A stretch of DNA of 64,000 nucleotides from the human T2T-CHM13v2.0 reference genome, Homo sapiens, in the NCBI RefSeq assembly GCF_009914755.1, contig NC_060930.1, one strand, 5' to 3'. The notes under the pieces were generated by a model, which was not told where the DNA came from, made no database searches, and saw only the letters and a program-made list of their open reading frames with translations. The translations under genes and the position numbers were made by a program. This document shows positions 28,428-43,741 of this stretch, piece after piece; the first letter of the stretch is position 1, and the number at the start of each line of letters is the position of its first letter.

Positions 28428-29204
28428 GACATCTCACTGTATTCATTAGAGCACAGTGCACTTTCTGCCAGGCTAGAAAAACTTGAAATTCAGTCACCCT
28501 TGGGGCCCTCTCTCCCCACTCCTGGACTGTGCCATAGGTCTGAGGCCCTGCACGGTACTAGAGTTGGGGTATTAGAGCCCTCTGTTTGGCAGTCCTCTGC
28601 TGACTCAGTTTACCCCTAAGTTCCATGGTCTCTTTCCACACAGCCCCTTTGGGTGCACTGGCATTCTGCTGCCTATGTGCTGTGGCTAGAACACAGACAT
28701 CTTTGCAAACCTGCCTTTGGTTTCATCTGCTGCCTGAATGGCCAGGTATCCATCTCTCTCTGCAGACTTCCTACAGCTGCAGCAGCATACCCAAGAAGCC
28801 ACATCTGGCCTCCTATTGCTCAGAGATGCACAGACCCCAGGCTCTTTCTCCCCTCCTCCTTGCTGCAATGGGAGGAGGGATTCTAGTCTGGTAGACAGTG
28901 GATGGAGGAAGAAAGAATCCACCCTTTAGCCCAATCCTCCAACCTTCATCTGGCTCCAGGTATTTGTTGATTCTGTGATATTCTCTCCACTCTGGAGCTT
29001 AGGCTTTTGAAACCAAAAGCTAGGAAGTATGTGAGCTGATTTCTGCATTCAACCCAGTCATTCTTCTCACGTGGGGATGTTAAAGCAATGGCTACTTATA
29101 TGAGGGGTGAGGGAGGGCAATGAAAAAAGAAAAAAAATCTCATGGATTATTTCCACAAGATAATATCCTGCTTCACTCGTAAATGAATCGTGTCACACAG
29201 TGGG

Positions 29205-29590
29205 GTGTTTCTTGGTATTGAGCTTGCTAGAGGCAGGGTCATGGCTTAGTTATTTTTGTATTCCCTGAATCTTGACTAGCACGAGGTGTATAGTAGACAT
29301 TCAGTAACTGTTTACTGAATGAACGAGTGAATAAAGTCATTGAGAACCCTCCTTTGCTTAAAATCTTCAATGGCTTGTCATCATCTATGTGATACAACTG
29401 CAACTTTTTAGCACAATATTTGAGGCCTTTGATTATCTGGCATCCGGACTGTTTTTCAGTCCCATGCCATCTTTTTCATTAATTTCTTTATTTATAGTTT
29501 GACTTCCCCACTAACCTCAGAGCCCCTTGAAGGCAGAGAGCATATTATCCTAATTCAAATGCAAATGTAGTAAAATGTGCTCAATAAATG
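29205..29590 (+). mobile_element. L2 fragments
   Basis: GAGGCAGGGTCATGGCTT...GACATTCAGTAACTGTTTACTGAATGAA; CTTAAAATCTTCAATGGCT; GTGCTCAATAAATG. Confidence 0.55.
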
Positions 29591-29969
29591 CAGCATTAAT
29601 GTATTATTTAAGCAGAACTATTTAAGCCGGGTATCCAGTTAACATTTGGTCAAGATTCTAGTACCCAGTGCAGGCAGACCTGGAAAGCATTAGCTTTAAT
29701 GGAATGGCGCCTGTCCAAAGCCTAGGTATTTCTAAATCTGTCAAACACTATATATATTGTTATTAGTTTTGCCTGCTGGGAAGCAGGGGCACAAAAGTGT
29801 TTGTGAACATAAGATGAAGGGAGTCACAGGGTGAAACTGAGAGTGAGTTTACATCAAATTGTAAGCAGCTTCAAGGCAAGGATAATGTCTTATTCCTTGT
29901 TTTCTCAGTACCAGAACCTAGCAAACAATGTTTGCAACACAGTAGGCACACCTTTCTTCAGGGGCGGGG

Positions 29970-30250
29970 ACAGACAGGGTAGCACTCTCTTGCCCAGGCT
30001 AGAGTGCAGTGGCAGGAACATGACTCACTGCAGTCTCGGCTTCTTGGGCTCAAGCAATCCTCCTGCCTCAGTCTTCTGAGTAGCTGAGACTACAGGCTTG
30101 AGCCACCATGTCTGGCTAATTTTCTGATTTTTTGTAGAGATGGGGTGTCATTTTTTTGCCCACAGGTCTTGAACTTCTGGGTTGAAGAAATCCTCCTGCC
30201 TTGGCCTTCCAAAGTGCTGGGATTACAGGCATGAGCCACTGTGCCTGGCC
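29970..30250 (-). mobile_element. AluJ (Jo-like), tail lost or degraded
   Basis: GGGCTCAAGCAATCCTCCTGCC; ends GTGCCTGGCC. Confidence 0.85.
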
Positions 30251-30609
30251 TCATACTTAAAAAAAAAGAAAAAAGAAAAAAAAATCAAGTAGTGTGTCTG
30301 CCAACTTTATTCTTTTCTTTTCCAAAATTGTTTCAGCTATTCTAGTTCTTTTGCCTTTTAATATAAGGTTTAGAATGTTTTTGTACCTACAAACAAAACA
30401 AAATCTGATGGTAATAACATTAAATCTGTAGATTAAGTGGTGGATGATTGACATCATAACCATGAACATGGTATATGTCTCTATTTATTTATGTCTTCTT
30501 TGATTTCTTTCACTAGCATTTTGTAGTTTTCAGCAAGCAGATCCTTTATAAGTTTTGTTAGATTTTCGCGTAAAAATTCCATTTTGGGGGAGTTTCCATA
30601 AATGGTATT

Positions 30610-30785
30610 TGCTATGGATTGAATGTCCCCACCAAAACTCATGTTGAAATTTAATTGCCATTGTAGCAGTATTAAGAGGTGGGGCCTTTAGGAAGTGATT
30701 AGGTCATGAGGTCTTCACCATCATAAATGGAATGATGTTCTTATTGTGAAAGTGGGTTAGTTATTTCAGGAGTGGATTCCAGATA
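30610..30785 (+). mobile_element. MaLR LTR fragment (MST family)
   Basis: TGCTATGGATTGAATGTCCCCACCAAAACTCATGTTGAAATTTAAT...GAGGTGGGGCCTTTAGGAAGTGATTAGGTCATGAGG. Confidence 0.75.
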
Positions 30786-31143
30786 CTTAGTTTTAGGGAG
30801 CTTTTTGTTAGATACCATGGCTATTTCTATGTAGATAATTATATTGTCTTTAAATGAGGACAGTTTAAAATAATAAAAAATAATAAAGAGGTATGTGCTT
30901 TTTATTTTTTTCTCTTGCCTTATTACACTGGCTAGGACTTATAGTATGATGTTGCCTAAGAATAAAGATTTTTTATTTTGCTCCTAATCATAAGAAAAAA
31001 CAAAGTTAAAAATTTCTCTTTTTTTCAGAGTTTGCTGAGAGTTTTCATCACAAATAGATGCTGCATTTTGTCAAATGGTTTTTCTGCATCAATTGATATA
31101 ATATTTTTTAAATCTATTAATATGATGGATTACATTGATTGAC

Positions 31144-31302
31144 TTTTTTTTTTTTTTTTAAGACAGAGTCTTGCTTTGTTGTCCAGGCTGGAGTGCAGTG
31201 GCTCGGTCTTGGCTCACCGCAACCTCTGCCTGCTGGGTTCAACTGATTCTCGTGCGTCAGTCTCCCAAGTAGCTGGGACCATAGGTACATACCAACATGC
31301 CT
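31144..31302 (-). mobile_element. 5'-truncated Alu (right monomer only)
   Basis: T tail plus right arm; TSD TGAT(T/C)GACTTTTT on both sides. Confidence 0.85.
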
Positions 31303-31541
31303 GATCGACTTTTTGCTATTGAACAAACCTTGGATTCCCAGGATAAATTGTAGTTAATTGTGATGTATTATTCTTTTTATATACTGTTGGATTTGATTTC
31401 CTAGTATATTGTTTTGAGAACTTTTAATCTATGTTTATGGGAGATATTCTTCTGCAGTTATCTTTTCCTATACTGTCTTTGTCTTGATCTTATGTCAGGG
31501 TATTGTTGACCTAAAAGAATGATTTAGAAAATAACTCCTTT

Positions 31542-31895
<354 letters not shown>

Positions 31896-32884
31896 TCATA
31901 TACAATTGGTATTATTTTATTATTAAATTTTTGGTAGAATTAAGGAGTGAAAGCATTTGAGTCTGAAGATTTCTTTTGTTGAAAATTTTTAAACAACAAA
32001 TTTAATTTCTTTAATAAGCATAGAGCTATTTAGGTTCTTTCTTTCTTCTTGGGTGAATTTGATAGTCTGTCTTTCAAGGAATTGGTTCATTTTATCTAAC
32101 TTGAATTTATGTCTGTAGAGTTTTTGTAGTATTCCTTTATTATCTTTTTAACATCTGTGAAGTCTGTAGTTATGTGCCCTCTTTTATTTCCAGTAGTAGT
32201 AATTTGTGTTTTCTCTCTTTCTTTGTCAGACTGGCTAAAAGTTTATTAATTCTATTGATCCTTCAAAGAACCAACTTTTTATTTCATTGATTTTTCTCTA
32301 TGGTTTTATTTTATAAATTCTGTTCATTTCTGTTCTTATCTTTATATATTTTTTCTTCTGCTTCCTTTGGGTTTCTTTTGCTTTTCTTTTTCTAGTTTCT
32401 TAAATTGGAAGCTTGGATTTTTAAATTGAGGTCTTTTTTCTTTTCTAATAAAATCACTTAATGCTATGAATATCCCTTCAAGTACCACTTTATCTTCATC
32501 CTGTATATTCAGAGATGTTGTATTTTCATTTTTGTTCAATGCAAAACATTTTGTAATTTTCCCTGAGATGGTAGCTGACAGAGGTGAACTGAGTTGTTTA
32601 ATAATATACCGGAGTGGTTTTTAGGTATGATTAACTGAGGAAGTTTAATGCTGTTTTCCTTTTCACTCTTACTGAAGTGGGACATTACAATGAAAGAAAG
32701 GTTTTAAGAAATAAAGCATGCAATAAGCTATTTACCTTGAACCATTTATACATTAGCAATTTAATACAGTGATTTCCCTGCAACTTAATTCTGGGAAGAT
32801 CCTAGGAGGTTGCAAGAATTTGGTTCTAAGAATCAGAAACTTGAGTTATGTCAGTAGCAACTTATCTTCCAGAAATATGCCACA

Positions 32885-33068
32885 TTTTTTCTTAAACTTT
32901 AATGTGCGTAAAGATCACTTTGAGAGCTCATTGAACACAGATTCTGGGCCCCCACTCCAAGAGACTCTGATTTAGTAGGTCTAGGATGGGCCAAGGATTT
33001 GTATTACTAGCAGGTTTCCAGTTGATACTTATGCTACCGGTCTGAGGACCATACTTTAAGTAGCATTA
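32885..33068. mobile_element. MER5A hAT fossil
   Basis: ACACAGATTCTGGGCCCCCACTCC...TCTGATTTAGTAGGTCTAGGATGGG...GGACCATACTTT. Confidence 0.75.
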
Positions 33069-33630
33069 TTCTACAGCATTAGAAAATACTGCCCACCAAA
33101 TTCTCTTTGACATCCCTTCATACATTGCATAGTTTTCTGTTTACTTCCTCTTCTTGTCGTCTTCCTTTTCTTTCTTTTGCCCTCTAGATATAGGTATTTT
33201 CTAAGGGTATAACTTTAGCTCTTTTCTCTTCATCTTTCCTTCCATTATAAATTCAACAACTTCTTATTGAGAATCTACTAACTGTTAAGCTAGGCTGCTT
33301 CTGGTACCATGTAAGGCAGAACCAGTGGGGTCCATGCCTCTTGCTCCACTATTATCTTCTCTGTGAAAGTGTTCTCAGAACTTTCTCACAGACCTGACCA
33401 CCTCCTCCTTTGCTTTCCCACAGCTCTTTATTTGTTTCTCTCATATGGATTTTATTTCATTCTATATTTGTTGGGAATTCTCTGAGACAATATCCCAAAT
33501 CTTGTTTGAAAGCAGGATCTGGACTGGACAAGACAAGCTTAACCTCCAATTTTGATTTTGTCACCTATCTGTATTTACTCTTTCAGGTTCAATAATTATA
33601 TCAGCCTGGGAATGGATTAGAAAATTGTGA

Positions 33631-33756
33631 TGGCGGGCTTGATGGTGCACACCAATAGTCCTAGCTACTTGGGAGGCTGAGGTGGGAGGATTCCTTCACC
33701 CCAGGAGTTTGAGGCCAGCCTGGGCAACACAGTGGGCTCTGTCTCTAAAAAAGGAA
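33631..33756 (+). mobile_element. FLAM (free left Alu monomer)
   Basis: ~125 bp monomer; 12-bp TSD AGAAAATTGTGA at 33619-33630 and 33757-33768. Confidence 0.85.
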
Positions 33757-34952
33757 AGAAAATTGTGACAATTTTTTCAACACAATATGCCTTATCCTGA
33801 TGCAAAATATATATTGGAATTATGAAATTTTTAAATTAATATTTGGAAATGTTGCAAGATGACAGGAAGGATGAAATAAAATTCCTTTTTAAGCATACTG
33901 GCACAAGACAAATCTTCATAGTATTTATTTACTTTTATCTAGTTCAGTTCAAGGAACATATATTAACAAATCACAATAAGCAAACACCATTCTATTATAC
34001 TTGCATGTATTTTTTTCCTTTAGGCTTCTCTCTATATATCATGCCTCTCCAAATTTTGTGGGGGAAAATATAGATTGGCCCTATTCTTCTTGCTTGTGGC
34101 AGCAATCAATGAAAATAATGCTCATTCTTTTGGAATTCTGGGTGTTAAAAAAAGGGGAGATGTGGGGGCTGGGGAGAATGCTTTTACATAATGTCTTTAT
34201 AAATATTAGTGGAGACTTCTCTGAACTATCTCTGTCCTGCTCCCCAGACTTCCTTCTCTGTGATAATAAAGTGCTCATATAGGAAGTCACAAAATTGCAA
34301 CGGAAATCCAAACTCAACTTGATTTACTAGGTCCTCAAATGTTGACCTGTTCTGGACTCATAAATAGAGTGGGAAGGCATTTGGGTAAGGGAAAGAGCAG
34401 GAAGCCATGAATTACCCAGTGGATCTTTGAAATCAAACAAATTTAACATAGAATGAATACAGGCATTTCCTGGGGAAGAAGGGAAGTGTAGTCCTGCCTG
34501 TCAATTACCCTGTAACTATATTAAATTTAGAAGATCACAGATATTCCGCCAGGGATCTCAAGGACCAGGCGGGAGAATGCCCATACCTTTTGCATTACAG
34601 TGGAGACAGATCCCAGTCACATCCAACTTACTCACATCCAACTACATGGTGAGCCATATTTTTCACACAACATGGCTCCTAAATGCATGCCAACTACTTT
34701 AGTGCTCAGGAAGAGAAGCAGAGATATGTTCCAATAATGGGAAAAACGGGCTGAATTGCCTCCATTGAAAGATGATGCACTGTTCGTTGTGGGTGATTTA
34801 AGGGATCTTCCTTGGTAGAGGAAAGCTGGTGCGTCAGTGCCTCTAAACATCCGTGGGCAGCTGTAGAATCAGGCCTCCCAGAATCTGCTCTTCTAGACTA
34901 TCGGCAGATGAGAGCCGGAGGAAGGCCAGGTCTTTATAGAACCACCTTCCGG

Positions 34953-35260
34953 GGCTGGGTGCGGTGGCTCACGCCTGTAATCCCAGCACTTTGGGAGGCC
35001 GAGGCGGGCAGATCACCTGAGGTCAGGAGTTCAAGTCCAGCCTGGCCAACATGGTGAAACACCACCTGTACTAAAAATACAAAAATCTTAGCTGGGCGTG
35101 GTGGCGTGCGCCTTTAGTTCCCAGCTACCTGGGAGGCTGAGGCAAGAGAATCGCTTGAACCTGGGAGGCGGAGGTTGCAGTGATACCACCACTGCAGTCC
35201 AGCCTGAGTGAGAGAGTGAGACTCCATCTCAAAAAAAAAAAAAAAAGGAAAAGAAAAAAA
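34953..35260 (+). mobile_element. AluSx-like
   Basis: GATCACCTGAGGTCAGGAGTTC; flanking repeat AACCACCTTCC. Confidence 0.9.
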
Positions 35261-36331
35261 GAAACCACCTTCCCCTCCCCTTCTATCCATCTGGACACTC
35301 CTCCTTCTTCCCTCTTTTCTCATTCTCTTATAAGAGAAGTTTCCTCTTTTTACAGGTGGGGCAGTGGAGGTGGTACAGCCAAAACTTCATTGAAAGGAAA
35401 ATTTGGTGTAATGCATTTTGAATGAGACCTCTCACCCCAGACAAACTGTGTGACCCTGCATGGCTCAGGGGCCCCAGTACGCTACAATAGCTACATCCAG
35501 GAAAGTGTTACCATGGCTTGGTGATTTCCTAAGCATGAGAAAAATCAGGCTGTCCTCACTGTGAGATCAAGTTTGAGGTTACCGCTAGGCAGGATGTGAT
35601 ATGGAGAGTTTTTTTTTTTTTTTTTTGCCAAATGGTACCTCTTCTTCTAGCCTAATGGTTATTGAGTTTTAAGAGGAAGGAAATTATATTTATTTTTGGT
35701 ATTGTGCAGAATTATAGAGGAAATGTGTAAATCAGAGGAAAAATCCAGATATCCTGAAAGAAAATGTGAGACGAGCGGCAAGGTGGGAACTCAGGGTACC
35801 AGGGCAAGTCGCTAAAACATCACTGGAGCAGTGCGATTGCTCCAGAGGAACTAGGTCACCAGGAAAACCTTTGCTTAGAATCTAAATTAAGAATAAGGTC
35901 TCCCCATTGTTTGTCTTACAGTGGCCAGAGTTCATGAGTGCCTTGCTTTGTCCCCAGGGACCCTGTTTCTCCACTCTAAGCCAGCTCTGATTAAGAGGAA
36001 GCCATATATCCTCTAAGAATATTCCTGTCTTGTGCTTTACTCAGTAACATTAACAGAGGGAAATGAGGTTATGTGAACTTCTCATGGATATTTTGATGGC
36101 AGTGACTCAGTTGATACAAAGGATTCCCTGTGAAGCAAATCCGCATAAATAGAGAGTGAAGTTTATTCTAGTGATTCCCCTAGGTTTCACCAGCTCAGGA
36201 AAGAGTAAAGAGCATCCTAAGAGACAGTAATTCCATAACCATATGCAGATGGCCAAAACTCAGGGTAGGAAATGACCCCGAGAAAATAAAACTGTGCAAA
36301 AATCTTCCACTGCAAATGGTTTAGGTATGGA

Positions 36332-36930
36332 TTATTTAATTATTTATTTATTTAGTTTTAATTTTTATACCTTTAGGGAGTACAAGTGTGGATTTCTTAC
36401 AGGCATATATTGCATAGACGTAAAGTCTGGGCTTTTAGTGAACTTATGACCCGAATAGAGAACATGGTACCCAATGGGTAACTTTCCGATTGTCAAGCCC
36501 CTCCCACCTTCCCATCTTCTGTAGACTCCAGCGTCTATTATTCCACTCACTGTGTATGTCCATGTGTACTCATTGTTTAGCTCTCACTTATAAGTGAGAA
36601 CATGTGGTATTTGACTTTCTGTTTCTGAGTTATTTCACTTAGGACGATGGCCTCCGGTTCCATCCATGCTGCTGCAAAAGACATGATTTTGTTCTTTTCT
36701 ATGGATGGACAAGTATTCCATGGTGAATAGTCTATCCCATTTCCTTTATCCAGTCCTCCACTGATGAACACTTCAGTTGCTTCCATGTCTTTGCTATTGT
36801 GAACAGCGTTGTGATAAACATTTGAGTACAGACATCTTTTTGATATAATGACTTCTTTCTCTTTGGGTGTATCCCCAGTAGTGAGATTGGGTCACATAGT
36901 AGTTTTGTTTTTAGTTCTTTGAGAAATCTA
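36332..36930 (-). mobile_element. 5'-truncated L1PB (ORF2 C-terminus plus 3' UTR)
   Basis: ORFs 36577..36786 and 36732..36995 (-) give L1 ORF2 C-terminal remnants (IMSFAAAWMEPEAIVLSEITQKQK; LLGIHPK). Degenerate TSD TAGGT(A/G)TGGA(T/A)TATTT. Confidence 0.85.
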
Positions 36931-37196
36931 GGTGTGGAATATTTTAATGACTGAGTCAATTCTGATGCCAATAACTTCTTTTTTTTGCTTTCCATGTAAA
37001 TGACTATTGCTTGGCAGTCAGTGGGCTAAGTTCAAAACCTACCTTATCTTCAAAATCTTCTAGAGCAGAAAATGGATTAGTAATAGGAAGACAAACTCAA
37101 AGCAAAATAGTTTAGATTCATTCAGAACTTAGCAAATGTGAAAATTATTACCTAAGAAAAGAAATTTTAGAATTCTAGAGAAAACGTCCTACACAC

Positions 37197-37198
<2 letters not shown>

Positions 37199-37236
<38 letters not shown>
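37199..37236. repeat. (AC)19 microsatellite
   Basis: Direct read. Confidence 0.95.
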
Positions 37237-37237
<1 letters not shown>

Positions 37238-37968
37238 GTTAGATTTTTACTTTTCAGGAGGTGTTCATCACAGTCCCCAGAGAAAATATTTAACCTTAAC
37301 ATGAAAAAAGCCAAGTCTTTTCCTTAAATAAAAATACCTTTCAGATCAGCACAGGGCCCATGTTACTGTTTTGGTTCCTAAGGAAGAACCAGTTTTGTTC
37401 TCCTCCCAGAAATGTAAGTGGAGCGTGAGTCCCTAAAGGGCCAGGTGGAGCCTTGGTGGTAGCTGAATTGGAGGAAGGGAGAACACATGTCTTTGGAATT
37501 GACTCGTAGACTCTCTCTGCCTTTGGAAACACCTGAGACAGAATCCTTGCCATCAGCTCTTCAGTCCTTCTTCAGTTACCATATGTTTTTATATTCATCT
37601 TTTCTCCTCTAATTTTTTATTCATATCCCAGAGTGATGAGCCAATGTTTTTAAAATAGACGATATCCAATAAATGTCCCACGCGTGAATGGATTGTTCTT
37701 ATTCACTTCTGGGCTTCGAATGATTATTTGGTGCTATGTCTCAACAGATATTGATATGCAGGCAGTTCAGATATGCCAGCCACAGGAATGACTTCTACTC
37801 CATTAACAGCCTGAGAATTAAATGCTATAGTGGATTAGGAAATCTGAAGTTACTTACCTAAAAAAAAATGTGCATTGGGATCAAATCGAGATAGGAAGAA
37901 GGGAAAACTTTAATTACTGGATCTGCCTTGACATCACAGAAATGTTCTAAACATCTCCCACTTCTTTA

Positions 37969-38460
<492 letters not shown>

Positions 38461-39665
38461 TCATCAGTAACTGCTAGCAACAGGTCCCTTGTTACTAACA
38501 TAAATTATGGATAAAGAATTGGTAACAGAGGTACGATAACTCCTCTGCATCTGATAAAATAAAAGGGGACCTGCCTTCCTGGATAGGAACATTCCCAGTA
38601 GCAAAAGTAGAAGAAGAAAAAAATATTTACTTCAATGCTCATCCCCTTCTCCCTCCCACTTTCTCACCTTGAAAACAACCTATTGAAAATGTTCACAGAA
38701 GGGAGGTTCTGCTCAGTTTTTGGAAGAACGCAGCATCTAAGTATTCATTCCACAATGACTTGAGCTGACCATATCAGTAAATATGTTGTACTCAAACAAA
38801 ATTGTTCAAGGTGGAATAGAAATAAGGTCTCAGCTCTTGAGAGATAAGGCAAAGGAAGCACAGACTGCTCATCTGAATCTTCATATGGCTGACCTGGAAG
38901 AAACCAAAGACTTATTTGGCCAAAGTGTGGTTTTCTATCTGAACAAACATCCAATTATATGCGGAATAGACTCCAGAGCATTTCAGAGAGATAAAGTATA
39001 ATGACCATGGTATTAGCCTTGCAGAGGCAGATCCCTGGGTTACTGACAAGCCAGAGGGCTTGTGTAACATCTCTGTAACCTACCTGTGTCCAAAATCAGC
39101 AGTAAGGACTTATCTGTAGTCTTCTCAGATGTTCTTGATCCTTTTTTGTGTGTCCTAGAACCACTTCATCCCATCCAACACAATGACAACACTTCAAAGA
39201 AGAATGTCACAGCCTTTGTAAGTCTTTCTAACAAAAGATGTATTGTCATTACTGGATCTCCTCTTGTTCCACACAAAGTTGTGTCTAGTATTCACTGTTC
39301 TGAACAAATCATTTGGTAAAGCATTTCATAAGTTTATTTGGATGAGGATAGCATGGGCTTTTTTGAACCACTGGTGAGAGACGAGTTGGTTATCCAGAGG
39401 CTGCAAGACCTGTGCTCCTGGGCTTTGCTGTGTGAAACACCTGTGCATGCAGAATGCAGGATAAATCTTTTGAGACCATTGGATCTACCATGCTCATGAA
39501 ACTTATCTAAGAAAATCCTTGTAAGGCACAAAAACAGAGAAAGAGGATTGAAAGACCTGGCCGAGATCTTAATCTTTCGTGTTGATTGCAATGTGAGTTG
39601 CATTAACAGCAGGTACACAGCTTCTATCACATTCTTTGCCTTTAGAGTCAAGCTTTCATATAGTT

Positions 39666-40010
39666 CAGGGGGTGCCAAGCTAGGGCCCAAGAGCAAACTA
39701 TGGCCTGTTGCCTCTTTTTTATATAGCCTGAGTCAAGAATGATTTTTACATTTTTAAATAACTGAGGAAAAAGTCAAAAGAAGAGTTATATTTTGTGACA
39801 AACTAAAATTACACAAAATTTACATTTTAGAGTCCACAAGTGAAGTTTTATGGAAGCACAGCCACACCATATTGTCTATATCTGCTTTTCTGCTATACCA
39901 ACAGAGCTGAGTACTTGCAACAGAGACCATGTGGCCTGCAAAGCAAAAAAATATATAAAATAAAATATTTCTATTGGTCTTTTACCAAAAAAACAGTTTA
40001 CTGACCCCTG
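39666..40010 (-). mobile_element. MER58B-like hAT fossil
   Basis: TIRs CAGGGGGTGCCAAGCT ... AGTTTACTGACCCCTG; ~345 bp. Confidence 0.8.
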
Positions 40011-40260
40011 ATAAAGTTCAAGTTCATTCTTAAATTCAGCCTTGCTAATTAAATAGACCTGAAGTCTTGCTAAAATGCAAGGATTAGTTTTAGAGAATTA
40101 TGATGTAATCTATTGGGAAATGAGCCACAAATTATTATCAAATAGGATATAAACTTAATTTTTATTAAAATGGAAAATGTTTCATAAAATTTATTTTAAA
40201 AATACAGTTATATAAAGTAGAGACCATCACAGGACATGTGGTATAAAAGAGACCTGACCT

Positions 40261-40707
<447 letters not shown>

Positions 40708-41222
40708 TCACACAACCGCTTTGGAAAGCAGCTTGGCAATTTCTAATAAAATGGAAGATGGGTTTAATAAGATGACTTAGTGACTCCACCCCCAGGTTTA
40801 TAGCCTATTCTAAAGCAATTCTAGCACCTACGCAAGAGGAAACATGTAGAAAGATGTTCTATGCAACACCAACACGGTAGGTTGTGCTTTCTGCTCCCCT
40901 GTGGCTGGGTGGAGCCCTGTGGCTAGTTCTGGTCATTTGAGTTGTGAGCAGAAGTGACACACATGGCTGGAGCATCTATAAGGCCAATGTGAAACCCTTC
41001 TGAGTTATAATAAGCCACAGGTTAAATAGAAATTGCAATGGAAAATACTTCAAATTAAATAATAATACTACATATCAAAGCTTACCATTATACTACAAAT
41101 ACTTATCATTACACTATCAAATACTACATATCAGAGTGTTAGCCTTGCTTAGAAGGGAATTTATAGCTTCAAATGCATATTTAGAAAAGAAGAAACACTG
41201 AAAAAAATCAATAAACTTTGAA

Positions 41223-42105
41223 TCTTAGCTTGGGTTCCCCAGAAGCAGACCTTGAGCCAAGGATTCAAGGGCGAACAGTTTAATTGGGAGTGAATTAATT
41301 AGCTTGGGCTGCCGTAACAAAGTATCACAGGCTAGGTGGCTTAAACAACAGAAATTTATTTTCTCACATTTCTGGAGGCTGAAATCTGAGATCAAGGTGT
41401 CAGCAGGTTTGGTTTCTTCTGAGGCTCCTGCCCTTGGCTTGCAGATGTCTGTGTTCTCCCTGTGTCTGCCCATGGGATTCCCTCTGTGTGTGTTGTGTCC
41501 TAATCTCTTCTTATAAGGACACCAGTCATAGTGGATTAGAGTGTACCTTCATGATCTCATTTTAATTTCATCACCTCTTTAAAGCTGTATCTCCAAATAA
41601 AGCCACATTCTTAGGTACTTTGGCTTCAGACTCGAACAAATAAATTTAGGGGCTTCGTACGTTGAATCTGAGGGGCTCACAGTTCAGTCCCTCACAGGGA
41701 AATAGACAAGTAGGAACAGGTAGGAAGTGAGATACGGAGGGAAGACAGATAAATAATAAAGGGTATGTTATGAAGGCAGTCATCACAGCAGGAGACTGGA
41801 GCTTGATTGCATTAATTACCAAGAAGAACTCTAGAAAACTAAGTAAAATATGCTTCAGAATTATCTCAGCCGAAGGGCAAGAAGAGTATTTACACCCTGA
41901 CAGCCTTTGGTCTTTAGTTAAAGGTTTCCTCTGGCGCTGTTAGTTCCCAGGCACCTCCAGCCCACTATGCCCATAGGCTAAGTAAGTTCAGGCAGCCTGG
42001 GGACGGCCCTCGGACAAAAATGCAGGTCCCGGCCCTTGGAGGTCTGGGAGTGCACAGGCCTGACGAGGGATCCCAGGACATACCAATGGAGCCCCGTTCG
42101 TGTCA
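41223..42105 (-). mobile_element. ERVL LTR (LTR33-like) interrupted by MLT1A
   Basis: TTGGGTTCCCCAGAAGCAGACCTTGAGCCAAGGATTCAAG start; continues after 41696. Confidence 0.6.
41291..41696 (-). mobile_element. MaLR solo LTR, MLT1A/A0-like
   Basis: GGTGGCTTAAACAACAGAAATTTATTTTCTCAC; TG...CA; 5-bp TSD GGGAG/GGGAA. Confidence 0.85.
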
Positions 42106-42391
42106 GTTAAGAAGCTCTCTCCGGACATTACCAAAGGAGTGGCGAAACAAATCCAAAGAGAAAGCAATCATTGTAACTAATTCAAATGTATAAGCAGACA
42201 AGATTCTCAAAACCACAGGCTGATTCCTTAAAATACTAATAAAAGTGAAAAATTGCTGTCAAGATTGATCAGTTAAACTAGAGACAAATGACCTAGTGAC
42301 AAACAATGTCAGGAATTTTAAAACGGGGCATCATTAAGGATCACGCAGACATGAGATCATTAAGAGAAGTAACAGAAAAAAAAGGGTGAAT

Positions 42392-42926
42392 ACCAATTTC
42401 ACTCCTAGTTATATACTCAAAAGTATTGAAAACAGGCACTCAAACCAATACATGTACATATGTGTTCATGGCAGCACTACTTACAATTTACAAACATCAA
42501 AAGGTGAAACAGCCCAAATGTTCATCCATAGATAAATAGACAACAAACTGTGGTATATTCATACAACAGAATATTGTTCAGATATAACAAGAAATGAATT
42601 ACCAAAACGTGATACAAGGTGAAAAAACCTCAAAAATATTACATTAAGTGAATGGAACCAGACACATATTATATAAATCCATTTATATAAAATAACCAGA
42701 ACAGGTAAATGCATGGAGACAGGAAGTCGATTGTTGTTTGTGAAGGCTGAGGAGAGGGAAATGGAGAGTGGTTAAAGGGGATGCGTTTCCTTCTGGGGGG
42801 GATGGAAATATTTAGGAACTAGATAGAGATGTGATTGCACAACACTGGGAAAGTATAAAATGCCATTTAATTGTTCACTTTAAAATGATTTGATTTATGT
42901 TATGTGAATTTCACCTCAATAAAAAA
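42392..42926 (+). mobile_element. L1MB 3' end
   Basis: CAATTTCACTCCTAGTTATATACTCAAAAG...TTATGTGAATTTCACCTCAATAAAAAA. Confidence 0.8.
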
Positions 42927-43042
42927 GAGAGAGAAAGGGTGAGGAAAAGAGGAGAAACACCTGGCAGTTATACACTGCCAGCCATGTGCTAGGTCTACAC
43001 TGCCATTAAAAATGCACTAGTTTTAATATTTTGATGAGCTCA

Positions 43043-43741
<699 letters not shown>
